Assembly (NCBI GenBank): GCA_965208575.1
Contig: CBDBOV010000004.1
Location: 64,001 to 128,000 of the forward strand
Length of the DNA: 64,000 nucleotides
Reading direction: 5' to 3'
Origin: Spirochaetia bacterium
GTDB taxonomy: Bacteria > Spirochaetota > Spirochaetia > SZUA-6 > Bin103
Part shown: positions 1-10,403 of the stretch, piece after piece
Layout: the number at the start of each line of letters is the position of its first letter
Position numbering within the stretch: position 1 is the first letter of the stretch
Notes under the pieces: model-generated
What the model was told of the DNA's origin: nothing
What the model saw: the letters and a program-made list of their open reading frames with translations, nothing else
Databases searched by the model: none
Position numbers and translations under genes: made by a program

Positions 1-3000
1 ACGTCCGCGCAGCCATGCCACGAACGCCCGAGTTTCCCGCAGGCGCCAGAAACTGGGGATCTCCTCGTTCGCCATCTGTACCGGGACGTCATGCACCTCG
101 CAGAACGCCCGCACCGGAACCAGGTACTCCCACTCGCGCGCGATGACCGCGCACCGCGACCAGTCCCATTCCTGCGCCAGCTCACAGAGGCGCAGCAACT
201 CCGCCATGACGGTCCGCGCCTGGCCGACCGGATCGCCTCCGGCCGGCAGAATCTGAACCCGCCCGCGCGAGACCGGGTCCAGCGCCGCCCACGCTCCGCC
301 CGGCGGGTCCCCCTCGCGCGCGCGGTCCACACGGATGGGATTTGCCGCCTTCATGCGGTTCCGCGCAGGTTCGATCACCGCGTTGGCCGCCGTCACGATA
401 CGGGCGGTCGAACGGTAATTGGCGGTCAGGTAGACGGGCTTCGGCCCGTAGTCCGCCTCGAAGCGCCGGATGAACTCCACCGACGCTCCGTTGAATGAAT
501 AGATATTCTGATCGTCGTCGCCGACGGCGAACAGGGTGAGCTTGCCCGCGTCGTCTTCCAGCGTGCGGCCGGCCAGCGCCGAGATCAGCTCATACTGCTC
601 CAGAGCCACATCCTGGTATTCGTCGACGAGAATCCACCGGAAGCCGGCGAGCAGGCGCACGCGGCGCTCGTCCGCCTCCTCCTGCGACAGCTCCTCGCCG
701 CGGAGGAGCGCGACCGCACGGTGCATCACGTCCTTGAACGTCGCGTCGTCCGGGCGCTCCGACCGGCCCGTGAAGCTCTGCCCCGCCAACCGTATGGCAA
801 GCGCGTGGCAGGTGAGCACCGTCACGCCGCGCGCGTCGTCGCCGACCATCTCCGTGAGCCGGCGGCGGATATCGACGGCCGCGTGACGGTTGTAGGCCAG
901 TGCGAGGATGCCCGCCGCGTTCTCCCGTCTGACGCGGATCAGCCAAGCGATGCGGTGCACCAGCACGCGCGTCTTGCCCGAGCCGGGGCCAGCGAGGACC
1001 AGCACGTTGGTCCGTTCCCGCTCGTCGGCCACGATGCGCTGCTGGACCGGGTTCCCCAGGCTCTCGACGATGGCGCGCCAGGACGCGGGCGTCGTCTGCC
1101 GGCCGATCTCCCGGTCTCGACCAGGCAGCCAGCGGGCGAGAAACTTCTCCTCCGTGAGCGTGAAGTAGTCCATGGCCAGACGCACGGCCTCGCTCATGGT
1201 CGCGAGGCCGCGCTCGGCGAACTCCACCATGACGTGGACCTGCAGCACCTGTCCCTCGTAGTGAAGCGCGAGGGGCTCGAAGTCCGTCCTGGAGAACCCG
1301 CGCCGGTCCCGCTGCTCCAGCCGGATCGTCATCGCCGGGCGGAACACCGCCAGTCCCTTGTTGAGGCGGATCACCTCCAGTTCGTGGAGCCAGAGCAGGG
1401 CCCGGTCCAGCAGCTTGGCGGGGTTCCGGACTCTGGATTTCAGCATAAGATCGGACTCGATCGCCTGCAGGAGTTTCCCGAGCGTGGTCTCTGCCAGGAG
1501 ATCGGTGCCGCGGATTCCGGACGGAAGGCAGCTCAGGAGATGTGCCAGCAGCCGGCCGGCTGCATCGCGGCGTATGTCGGCGGTCTCTTGCAGCTTACCC
1601 CAGTTGCGATGCAGCGTGATCCATGCGGTCTCCGCGTCCCGCTTGCGCACCGTGAGGCTGCCCGCGGCGCCGTCGTCCTCGCCCCTGCCGTCGAAGGCGA
1701 TGCCCCGCACGATCCGGAACAATCGTTCCGGCAGCGGATCGACCAAACCCTGGTCCCGCAGCCCCTGGGCCGCGATACGCAGATGGAGTGACGAACTGTC
1801 TCCCTTGCCGAGGTCGGGAGCCGCCTCCTGCATGTGTTCGATAAGAGCGGTCTCCAAGGCAGCCGCCTCCTGGAGGCGTTTCCGCGACGAGCGGTCCACG
1901 CCGGTGTGGACGAACGCGGTCAGCGCCGTGTCGTTGCTGGCGATGCCGAACCGCTCCAGGTCGTACAGGGCGCCGCGCACCCGTTCCGGGCTCAGGCCCG
2001 AGATCGCCATCAGTTCGTCCGTGCTCACCCCCTCGTCGGCGTGCGCGCCGATCAGAGCTTCCGCGATCCGCAGGAGCTGCCTGCGATATGCTTCCGAGAT
2101 CCTTGCGCTGGTGAGCCGCCGTTTGGCCTCGTCGGCCGTGCTCACCCGGAGCGAGGACGGGAACACCTGCACGACATTCTCCTCGCGGGTGAGGAGTTGC
2201 GACTCCTCCAGCCAGGCGACGGCGGTCCGCACCCGGGTGTCGTCGGTCGCGGAGTCGCGTTCGAATGCTTTCTCCTCGTCCTCGCCGAGGATTTCGCCCG
2301 CGGTCGCCACCACGTCGCCGGCGAACCGCTTCTTCCGGTCGAGGTTGCGCAGGGCTCTCAGGATCCCGTGGATCTCCGCGCGGGTGAGGCGCGAGCGCGC
2401 CGACATGCCGAACTGCCGTTCGACATCGTCGGGCGCATAAAGTAGTACGCAACGGGCCGGGTCGCGGTCGCGCCCAGCGCGGCCAGCCTCTTGGAGATAG
2501 TTCTCCAGCGAGCCTGGTATGTCAGCGTGGACCACCAACCGCACGTCCGGCTTGTCGATCCCCATCCCGAAGGCGTTGGTGGCCGAGATCGCGCGCAGAT
2601 CGCCGGAAATGAAGCGCCGCTGCACCTCCTTCTTCGTTTCCGGAGACAGGCCCGCGTGGAACCGGTCCGCGGCGAGCCCCTTCAACTGAAGGTAGTCCGC
2701 GACGTCCTCGCTCTGCTGCCGCGTCGCACAGTAGACGATCGCGCCGCCCGGCGCGTCGGGCGGCAGATGAGACGCCAGAACCTGATGGATATCCGAGAAC
2801 TTCTCTCCTCCCGTGGTCGGGATCACCTCGAAGGTGAGATTGGCGCGTTCTGCACCGCCGTTGAACACGGCCAATTCGATGTCGAGTTGGTCCCGGAAGT
2901 GCCGGGCGATGTCCCCGACGACATCGGGTTTGGCGGTAGCGGTCAGGCACACGACCGGAGGTATCGGTCCGTCACCTGCTTGCTCGCGGATGAAGCGCCC

Positions 3001-4305
3001 CACATAGCGGTAGTCGGGCCGGAAGTCGTGGCCCCAGCGCGACAGGCAGTGCGCCTCGTCCAGCACCCAGCCGCCGATCTCGCGCTGGTCCAGAGCCCGC
3101 CGCACGGAGCGCGAACGCAGTTGCTCCGGCGCGATCAGCAGGATGCCGGCGTCTCCCAGCCGGATCCGGTCCAGGTCGTCGCCCCGCTCCGGCATCGACA
3201 ACAGGCCGTTGATGGTCACGCAGCAGCCAATGCCCCGCTGCTCCAGGCCAGCAACCTGGTCCGCCATCAGCGCGACCAGGGGCGATATCACGACCGTCAA
3301 CGCACCGGTCTTGTCGTAGCGCGAAAGCGCAGGGATCTGGTAGCAGAGCGACTTCCCGGTGCCGGTGGGGAGAATCCCGAGCACGTGCCGTCTCGCCATC
3401 GCCTCCTCGACGATGGCCTGCTGCATTGGCCTGCCGTCGGCATCCGGCGGTTCAGGACGAAAGCCGTCGTACCCGAACCAGCGTTTCAACTCCTTGCCCG
3501 CGTCATGGCGCTGCCGGCACCAACCGCAGGCCGGATCGGTGCAGGCAGTATCCCTGAGGCGGCGCACCAGTCGCCCCGCTTCCGGAAACTGGTGGCGCAC
3601 CCAGGGCGGCATCACCGAGTTGCCGCCCGCCACCGACAGCCATGCCAGGGCATAAGCCAGCGCCCAGCCGAGCTTAGCCCCCATCGCGATTACCTCGCTC
3701 GCTTGGGTGGTGCAAGCGGCACTCTCCAGTCTCCGGTCAATCGCCGCCATGGCCTCGGCCTGAGATGGACGGCGAACTCGCCGAGCCTGCCGGAAGAGTC
3801 GGTCCAGAGCGCGGTCCGCGCCGGTGTAATCCGGCGTGCACAACCAGTGCCATGCGGCGAGCAGATCCGGTGCGGCCTTGGCCAAGGCCTCGCGCTGGTC
3901 GCCGAAGAGTCTCAGCGCTATGCGGGAGTCGAGCTCGGGATCGTTCACTCGGCCACGTTTGAGACCGCCGTCCTGATAGTGTTTGATGAGGCTGTGGTAG
4001 GGGTTGCGGGGAAAGGCGAGCGGGCTTAGCCGCAACGTGTCAACCGCTGGCAGCTTGAGCAGCCGGAGGTCCGGCTTCGCCGCCGCCAGGTAGGGCAGGT
4101 CGAAGGCAATCAGATTGTGCCCCAGCACGACGGACGCGCCCTCGGCGAAGTCGTCGAGCCTCGCCAGAGCGGCGAACAGTCCGCCGCCGGAATGCACCAG
4201 GCTCCGGCCGGTGTCCGCTCGAACCGCCGCCAGGGTATGAATTCGGTTATCCTTGCCGATTTCCAGATCCAGCGAGAGGCAACGTGGTGCAGATTTCGTA
4301 TCCAC
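1..4305 (-). CDS. Large DEDD-exonuclease-like + RecQ (SF2) + UvrD (SF1) fusion helicase, 3' end outside the window
   Basis: Not in the ORF track; segments were translated by hand from GTG 4305, in frame to base 1. Motifs: CLSLDLE and VLGHNLIAFD (DEDD-like), HVLGILPTGTGKSLCYQIPA and LDEAHC (RecQ), NVLVLAGPGSGKTRVLVHRIA and WILVDEYQD (UvrD). Confidence 0.9.
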   Translation of the reverse strand, partial: MDTKSAPRCLSLDLEIGKDNRIHTLAAVRADTGRSLVHSGGGLFAALARLDDFAEGASVVLGHNLIAFDLPYLAAAKPDLRLLKLPAVDTLRLSPLAFPRNPYHSLIKHYQDGGLKRGRVNDPELDSRIALRLFGDQREALAKAAPDLLAAWHWLCTPDYTGADRALDRLFRQARRVRRPSQAEAMAAIDRRLESAACTTQASEVIAMGAKLGWALAYALAWLSVAGGNSVMPPWVRHQFPEAGRLVRRLRDTACTDPACGWCRQRHDAGKELKRWFGYDGFRPEPPDADGRPMQQAIVEEAMARRHVLGILPTGTGKSLCYQIPALSRYDKTGALTVVISPLVALMADQVAGLEQRGIGCCVTINGLLSMPERGDDLDRIRLGDAGILLIAPEQLRSRSVRRALDQREIGGWVLDEAHCLSRWGHDFRPDYRYVGRFIREQAGDGPIPPVVCLTATAKPDVVGDIARHFRDQLDIELAVFNGGAERANLTFEVIPTTGGEKFSDIHQVLASHLPPDAPGGAIVYCATRQQSEDVADYLQLKGLAADRFHAGLSPETKKEVQRRFISGDLRAISATNAFGMGIDKPDVRLVVHADIPGSLENYLQEAGRAGRDRDPARCVLLYAPDDVERQFGMSARSRLTRAEIHGILRALRNLDRKKRFAGDVVATAGEILGEDEEKAFERDSATDDTRVRTAVAWLEESQLLTREENVVQVFPSSLRVSTADEAKRRLTSARISEAYRRQLLRIAEALIGAHADEGVSTDELMAISGLSPERVRGALYDLERFGIASNDTALTAFVHTGVDRSSRKRLQEAAALETALIEHMQEAAPDLGKGDSSSLHLRIAAQGLRDQGLVDPLPERLFRIVRGIAFDGRGEDDGAAGSLTVRKRDAETAWITLHRNWGKLQETADIRRDAAGRLLAHLLSCLPSGIRGTDLLAETTLGKLLQAIESDLMLKSRVRNPAKLLDRALLWLHELEVIRLNKGLAVFRPAMTIRLEQRDRRGFSRTDFEPLALHYEGQVLQVHVMVEFAERGLATMSEAVRLAMDYFTLTEEKFLARWLPGRDREIGRQTTPASWRAIVESLGNPVQQRIVADERERTNVLVLAGPGSGKTRVLVHRIAWLIRVRRENAAGILALAYNRHAAVDIRRRLTEMVGDDARGVTVLTCHALAIRLAGQSFTGRSERPDDATFKDVMHRAVALLRGEELSQEEADERRVRLLAGFRWILVDEYQDVALEQYELISALAGRTLEDDAGKLTLFAVGDDDQNIYSFNGASVEFIRRFEADYGPKPVYLTANYRSTARIVTAANAVIEPARNRMKAANPIRVDRAREGDPPGGAWAALDPVSRGRVQILPAGGDPVGQARTVMAELLRLCELAQEWDWSRCAVIAREWEYLVPVRAFCEVHDVPVQMANEEIPSFWRLRETRAFVAWLRGR

Positions 4306-5011
4306 ACTGACCCACTCAGGTTGCAAGCGCCAAGCGCTCAACCTTGTTGCGGTGTACCTCCTTCTGTGTCCGAAAGATGCTTGCGTATGACCCCTGACTG
4401 GCGGGTCGTTTCAGGGACGCCCAAGCCGCAGGGCCTCGGGCAATCACGTCGCACCGGCAGTCCAGGATGGGGTGGGTTCTCACCGGCACAGCCCGACCCT
4501 ACTAGTACTGATCGTCAATCAGGTCCGCATCCCTGATGCATTTATGAACTGGTTGTCCGATGTAATCGAGCAGCATGGCGGGCAATTCCACGGGCCCGAC
4601 CTGGATACAAACTGAGAATCCGAGGCAGTCCTGGCTTGGAGAAATCGAAAAACATGCGCGCACCACTTGACGCGATTTTCAGGTCCCGTAGCGGCTCGCT
4701 ACGGCGTGCGGCGGACCTTCCGACTCTTTTTTGCCGAACGACTCGGCCTCCGTGGACGCGGCAGGCCCCGCTGAGCGGCTCTCCTGGCGCCGTCTCGCCG
4801 CCATCCAGGACTGCGCGGTGGCGCCGGCCGCGTTCGCCGGCCTGGAGCGTCACCTTGCCGCGTTTGAGTTGCTCCGGCGCCGCGCCGGGCCCGAGGTCAC
4901 GGTACATCCCGGTAGGCGATCAGGGTGAGGTTTTCGGCGATCGTCTGCGTACCGCGCTACGTGTTCGAGCCCTCGTTGACGCAACCGGTGCCGGGGTACT
5001 AGCATCCGGGT

Positions 5012-5893
5012 ATGGCTACCACCTACGCTGCGCCCGCGCTGACTCCCGCCGATGCGGTCGCGGCGAAGCGTCTCCGGCAGTTGCAGGATGAGGGTTTCTG
5101 CATCGTTCCCGACATGGCGCCGCCGTCGCTCATCGAGCACACCCGCGCCTGTGCCGAACGGGCCATCGCCACGCAGGACGAAGAGCGCCTCGCGCGCACC
5201 CGGTCGCCGGGGACGCTGATCGACTCCGACGGCTATCCGGAGCTGGCCGACCTGATCGGCAACCCTGTTGCGCTTGCCGAGTTGCACCGCATGGGCTTCA
5301 CGGACATCAAGTTCTGGAAGGCCGTCATCATCAGCAAGCCGCCCGGCGGGCCGCGCCTGTACTGGCACCAGGACTGCATGCTGTGGCAGGACCCGCGCTC
5401 CTACAGCGAGGTGCCGGGGAAGATCTTCCTGATGTACTACCTGGAGGACACCAGCCGCCACAATGGGTGCCTGCGCCTGATACCGGGCAGCCATCGCCGG
5501 CGGCTCGACCTGCACGACCTGGGCGTGGCCCACGAGGTGGACATCAACAGCATGGAGAACTCCGCCGATCCGCGCTTCCTGGACCACGAGGGGGAGGTGG
5601 ACGTGCCAGTGCGGGCCGGCGACCTGGTGGTTGGCGATGCGCGCATGTTCCACGCCGCGCACAGCAACGAGTCGGACCAGCGCCGCACCGTCATCACCAT
5701 CTGGTTCTACCCGCTGTTCGGCGCGCTCCTGGAGCCGGTGCAGAGCTATTACCACAGCGAGATGCACCGCAAGCACGCCGAGTGGCCGGCGGACGCGCTG
5801 GCCAAGATCGCTCCGCTGATCCCGCGCTACGCGGGCGGCGAGCCGCCGATGGAGATTCACCGCACCCCCGACGCGCGCCTGCGCGCCGGCTGA
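5012..5893 (+). CDS. Phytanoyl-CoA dioxygenase (PhyH) family Fe(II)/2OG dioxygenase
   Basis: Motifs SKPPGGPRLYWHQD, NGCLRLIPGSH and AGDLVVGDARMFHAAHSN...RR. Confidence 0.9.
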   Translation: MATTYAAPALTPADAVAAKRLRQLQDEGFCIVPDMAPPSLIEHTRACAERAIATQDEERLARTRSPGTLIDSDGYPELADLIGNPVALAELHRMGFTDIKFWKAVIISKPPGGPRLYWHQDCMLWQDPRSYSEVPGKIFLMYYLEDTSRHNGCLRLIPGSHRRRLDLHDLGVAHEVDINSMENSADPRFLDHEGEVDVPVRAGDLVVGDARMFHAAHSNESDQRRTVITIWFYPLFGALLEPVQSYYHSEMHRKHAEWPADALAKIAPLIPRYAGGEPPMEIHRTPDARLRAG

Positions 5894-6002
5894 AGGCAGG
5901 CGCACGCCTCGCAGCGCCGCTCACGTTGCTCCGGAACGCGACGTTGCGGGCGTATTTCAAGAGGTGGATTCGCGGGAGTAGGGCAGGCTAACCTGCGCCA
6001 CC

Positions 6003-6653
6003 GTGATCGAGTTCCCTCCGTCGCGAGCCCCGCGGTTCGCGTTCGCCGACACCCTCGCGGAGCAGGAAGAGCAGCTCCGGGGCAATCCGCTACGCTCCGC
6101 CCACCGGCACGTCGGCCGCACCGTGGTCACGCCGAACCGGGAGATCGTGCTCGATGACATCCGCGGCGACGCGATCGAGCTGAGCATCGAGGTCGACCCG
6201 AAGCACTCGTCTTTGTTCGAGGTCGACGTCCTGCGGTCCCCCGGCAAGGAGGAGTACACCCGCATCTGCCTCTACCACCGGCGAGGTCTCAAGTACCGGG
6301 AACCGTTGCCGGAAGACGTCGGCGCCAACTTGGTGATGTCCACGGCCCTGTCGACCGTGGCGCGGTACGAGAGCGTCATCACCATCGACAACTCGTGCTC
6401 CTCGACCTTGCCCGACGCCCTGTCGCGGCCGCCCGAGTCGGCCCCGGTGCTCATCGAGCCCGGCGAACCGGTACACCTGCGCATCTTCGTCGACCGCAGC
6501 GTGGTCGAAGTGTTCGTCAACGGCAGACAGTGCGTCGCAGTCCGCGTCTACCCGGGCCGCCCCGACAGCAAGGGCGTCTCCCTCATCTCCCGCGGCCAGG
6601 AGTCCCTGGTCCACTCCCTGGACTGCTGGCAAATGACCAGCATCTACGAGTGA
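6003..6653 (+). pseudogene. GH32 glycoside hydrolase lacking its catalytic beta-propeller (N-terminal stub + C-terminal beta-sandwich)
   Basis: C-terminal LRIFVDRSVVEVFVNG...RVYP is the GH32 C-domain signature. No NDPNG, RDP or EC motifs; only 216 aa. Confidence 0.7.
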
Positions 6654-6672
6654 GGACGGGCAAAGCCGTTGG

Positions 6673-7701
6673 TCAGTGCAGGGTTATGGTTTCACCCGTT
6701 CGGGCGGATTGCAGGATGGCGTGGGAGACTTGTAGCGCCTTGTGGCCATCCGTCACGGAGGCGAGGGGTTTGCGTCCTGTGGCGATCGATTCGATGAAAT
6801 CGTCGGTCTGGCGGCGGTAGGACTGGTCGTCGAGGTCGTCCTGCAGCATCTCGACGACTTCGAACTCGTCGTCGTCGGTCTTGCGGTGGAACTCGCGGCT
6901 GCACCAGATGCCGTTGTTGCCGAGCGCGGTGCCCGACACGAACGCCGTGCCGCGTGTGCCGAGCACGCCGCGGCTGTTGAAGCCGATGCGGCTCGACCAG
7001 CTCGCGTTGATCACCGCCGAGGCGCCGCTGCGCAACCGCAGCAGTACGTGCGCATTGTTGTCGAAGCCGTCCAGGTCGGTGGCGGTGCTGAAGGTGACGC
7101 CGCTGACCGCCGCGACCTCGTCGGCCATGATCCAGCGCACCAGGTCGATGTCGTGCGACAGCGACTCCACCGTCATGCCGCACAGCGTGGCCGGGTCGGT
7201 GCGCCAGTTGTTGCCGCGCGCCGTCCCGAGTGCGCCGGCGCCCATGCCGAAGCGCTGGCACCAGAAGTGGTGCAGCCTGCCGAGCGAGCCTCCCCGCGCG
7301 GTGTCGTGGAGACGCCGGTAGCCGGTCCGGTACCGCTGGTTGAAGCCCATCACCGCCCCAACGTCCTGGCGCTCCGCCGCTTCGACAATCGCCGCGCCGT
7401 CGTCCTCGGTGACGGCGAGCGGTTTCTCGCAGAACACGTGCTTTCCCGCGGCGATCGCCGGCACGGCGTACTCGCGGCGGAACCCCGGCGGGGTAAGAAC
7501 GTACACGGCATCGCACCGCTCCAGCGCCGGGGCGAGGCAGTCGAACGGCTCACCGCCCCAGCGCGCCGCAAACCGCTCGCGCCGTTCGCGGTCAATGTCG
7601 ACCGCCGCCACGATTTCGGCGTCGCGGTTCTCTGCCAGCGCGAGACCGTGCTGCCGGGCGATTCCGCCGGTACCGACCACCGCGATCCTGACCTGCGCCA
7701 T
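6673..7701 (-). CDS. Gfo/Idh/MocA family oxidoreductase
   Basis: MAQVRIAVVGTGGIA, AGKHVFCEKP and GFNQRY; ATG at 7701 chosen as start. Confidence 0.9.
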   Translation of the reverse strand: MAQVRIAVVGTGGIARQHGLALAENRDAEIVAAVDIDRERRERFAARWGGEPFDCLAPALERCDAVYVLTPPGFRREYAVPAIAAGKHVFCEKPLAVTEDDGAAIVEAAERQDVGAVMGFNQRYRTGYRRLHDTARGGSLGRLHHFWCQRFGMGAGALGTARGNNWRTDPATLCGMTVESLSHDIDLVRWIMADEVAAVSGVTFSTATDLDGFDNNAHVLLRLRSGASAVINASWSSRIGFNSRGVLGTRGTAFVSGTALGNNGIWCSREFHRKTDDDEFEVVEMLQDDLDDQSYRRQTDDFIESIATGRKPLASVTDGHKALQVSHAILQSARTGETITLH

Positions 7702-9307
7702 GATGCGGACTGTCCACCGGATGGCCGTGCAGCGGCAAGGGGCGCCGGTCTTCGTGATCTGCATCGGCTTCGGCGCAGCCGATCAGCGTGTTTCCGCGGC
7801 TGTTCAGGACAGGGGTGGGACGGGAAGAGATCCGAACGCGTAGATTGGAGTTAACGGTCCGGATATGAAATAAGTGTACTATTAGCGGCAGGTACTCGAA
7901 AAACTTATAAATTTGAATTATTGTTAGGAAGGTCTGTCTCCTTGAGGCGTCCTGTGTCGGAAACAATGGTGAGATTGAGATCATCGTACTCTCTTCCCTT
8001 CGGCTTGGGTCGCGCCGGTCTGGTGCTGCTCCTGCTCCTCGCGCTCGCGGGGTGTGCGGGGATGGAATCCCGTTCGCCCACGCCCGTGGTCACCATCGAA
8101 TGGGAGGCGAAGCGGGTAGCCGCGGGCAGTCCGGTGCACTTCCTGGTCCGGGCAGCACCGGCCCCGCGGGCGGCCCTGACCATCGGGGTCAAGATCACCG
8201 CCTCCGGCTGCGAGCTTACGCATGCGCCGAGGTCGGTGACGATCGTCGCGGGCGAGTCGCTCGCCATGCTGATGGTGACGACCGGCACCCAGGTCGGCGA
8301 CGCGGGTTGCGTGGTCACCGCCGCGATCGCCGGCGGCGCGGGCTACCGGAAGAGCGATGGAGACGCCGCGTCGGCCAGCGCCACCGTGACGCCGGAGCAG
8401 ACTCGGGAGCCTCGGGCGCCGATGCTGCCGGTGGTGACCATCATGGAGACCGCCAAGTCGGTAGCGGAGGGCAGCCCGGTGTCGTTCACGCTGACCGCGA
8501 CGCCGCCACCGGCGTCCGACTTGCCGGTCACCGTGCGCTGGTCGGAGATTGGCTCGTTCCTGCCGCCGAGCCCTCCGGAGACGGTCACCATCCCGAGGAC
8601 CGGAACGGTGGAGTTGACGGAGACCATCCCCGACGACAGTGCGGACGAGGTAGACGGCTCGGTGACGGTCGCCGTCGAACCCGGCAGCGATTACAGGGTC
8701 GGTTCGCCGGGCTCGGCCACCGTGGCCGTCGCCGACAACGACCAAGCCCCGACCGGAGCGACGCCGTCGCCGCCGCCACCCACAACCGGGGAACCTCAAG
8801 GACCTCAAGGGGCGACAGGGCCGACCGTTTCGGTGGGCATCGCGGCAGACGCTTCGAGCGTGACCGAGGGTGAAACTGCATCGTTCACGGTGACCGCCGA
8901 TCCGGCGCCGCTGTCCGACCTGGTTGTCAAATTCTCAGTAGGTGCGGCTTACACAGTGGAAGAACCGATGCTCATGTTGGACGTAGGGTGGTTGGACAGC
9001 ATTTCGTTGACGGTCACGATCTCCGCATCGTCCAGCACGGCAACCTACAGCATAGGCACCCCCGATGACGGTAAGCCACAGAGGACAGCCTACGTGACCG
9101 TCACGGTGGCTCCGGGCACCGGCTACGTGGTCGACCCTCGTAGGCAATCTGCGCAAGTCTCACTGGTTCACAAGGCCTGATCGACCGCGCCTGCCGCGGG
9201 ACGGCGCGCCTTCGAGCGGGGTGTCCGGCCCCGCGCGGGGGCACCGACCGCGACCTTGATCTGCGCCATGATGCGGACTGTCCACCGGCTGGCCGTGCAG
9301 CGGCAAG
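7693..9307. repeat. 47-bp direct repeat (7693-7739 and 9261-9307, one mismatch) bracketing the Calx-beta gene
   Basis: ctgcgccatgatgcggactgtccaccgg(a/c)tggccgtgcagcggcaag is present at both positions. Confidence 0.9.
7966..9180 (+). CDS. Lipoprotein with three Calx-beta/Ig-like repeats and a Pro-rich linker (adhesin-like)
   Basis: Lipobox LLALAGC; repeats PVVTI..V.EG.P.SFTLTA.P.P.SDL.V and D.DGSVTV.V.PG..Y.V. AT-rich block upstream (7860-7930). Confidence 0.75.
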   Translation: MVRLRSSYSLPFGLGRAGLVLLLLLALAGCAGMESRSPTPVVTIEWEAKRVAAGSPVHFLVRAAPAPRAALTIGVKITASGCELTHAPRSVTIVAGESLAMLMVTTGTQVGDAGCVVTAAIAGGAGYRKSDGDAASASATVTPEQTREPRAPMLPVVTIMETAKSVAEGSPVSFTLTATPPPASDLPVTVRWSEIGSFLPPSPPETVTIPRTGTVELTETIPDDSADEVDGSVTVAVEPGSDYRVGSPGSATVAVADNDQAPTGATPSPPPPTTGEPQGPQGATGPTVSVGIAADASSVTEGETASFTVTADPAPLSDLVVKFSVGAAYTVEEPMLMLDVGWLDSISLTVTISASSSTATYSIGTPDDGKPQRTAYVTVTVAPGTGYVVDPRRQSAQVSLVHKA

Positions 9308-9377
9308 AGGCGGCGGCGTCGCATGGCCACGGCGAGCCGCAACCTGATAGCATCCGTGCGGAAGGGAGGAAAGAGCG

Positions 9378-10403
9378 ATGAGGTCGGTGATTTGCGTTCA
9401 CGAGCGCTTCGAACGAATGTGGCCGTTTGCGGCCGACTACTGGCACCGGCGCTGGCAGGAGAACGGCGGCTGCGAACTGTACCGCAGCGAGGAGGCGGAC
9501 GCCCGGATGCCGGCTCTGGTGCCGGACCCGGGCTCGGTGCAGCGGCTGGCCGTGCTCGGGTTTCCCGGCGACGCGCAGGACCTGGAGCCGTTCGCCGCCC
9601 TGGAGGAGTGCTACTACCAGCGCACCCGGGCATCGTCGGCAGACGGGATCGAGGCGGCGGAGGCGCGCGGCGTGCGCTTCATTCCGCACCGCCATGACCT
9701 GTACTGGGGGCAGTCGGTCGCCGAGGTCGGGCTGGGCCTGACGATCTGCGCGCTGCGGCGCATTCCACAGCGCTACACGGCGATGATGCAGGATCACGAG
9801 ACGTGGCGCTTCGTTCCGGAGGTGGGCCGGCCCGGCCAGCCGGGCGGTCAGATGTGCGACGACACGCGGTTCAGCAACGGCACCATCGCCGGCAAGCGGG
9901 TACGGGTTGCCGGCCTCGGCAACATCGGCGGCCGCTACGCATCCTGGTGCGGGGCGATGGGCGCCGAGGTGGCGGCGTGGGATCCGTTCGCGGCACAGGC
10001 CGCGTTCACGCTGGCCAAGGCGGAGCGCCGCTACGAGCTGCACGACCTGGTCAGCGACGCGCAGATATTCGCGCCCATGCTGCCGCCCACCGAGCAGACC
10101 TACCACATCATCACCGCCGAGCTGATCGACGCCCTGCCGCGCGGCTGCCTGGTGGTGCAGGTGACGCGCGCCTTCATCTGCGACCTGGACGCCCTCTACC
10201 GGCGCGTGCTGAACGACGAGCTGTCCCTGGCCGCTGACGTGTTCTCCGCCGCGCCGGGACGCCGGCAAGGCGAGCCGGTGCCGCTCGATTCACCCCTGCT
10301 CGGGCGCCACAACGTGGTGCACACGCCGCACATCGCCGGCCGCACGGTCGACGCCAACCACGCCTGGGTCGACGACATCATCTCCCGCTTCAAGGTTCGG
10401 TGA
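9378..10403 (+). CDS. D-isomer-specific 2-hydroxyacid dehydrogenase family (NAD-binding)
   Basis: GKRVRVAGLGNIGG, AADVF and NVVHTPHIAG; RBS GGAGG upstream. Confidence 0.85.
   Translation: MRSVICVHERFERMWPFAADYWHRRWQENGGCELYRSEEADARMPALVPDPGSVQRLAVLGFPGDAQDLEPFAALEECYYQRTRASSADGIEAAEARGVRFIPHRHDLYWGQSVAEVGLGLTICALRRIPQRYTAMMQDHETWRFVPEVGRPGQPGGQMCDDTRFSNGTIAGKRVRVAGLGNIGGRYASWCGAMGAEVAAWDPFAAQAAFTLAKAERRYELHDLVSDAQIFAPMLPPTEQTYHIITAELIDALPRGCLVVQVTRAFICDLDALYRRVLNDELSLAADVFSAAPGRRQGEPVPLDSPLLGRHNVVHTPHIAGRTVDANHAWVDDIISRFKVR

Noticed and set aside
91-4029. Long plus-strand ORFs (356, 360, 512 aa)
   Set aside because: Antisense shadows of the RecQ-UvrD gene in GC-rich DNA; no motifs.
4310-5010. 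Short ORFs and hairpins between the helicase and PhyH genes
   Set aside because: They look like gene debris; no supportable call.
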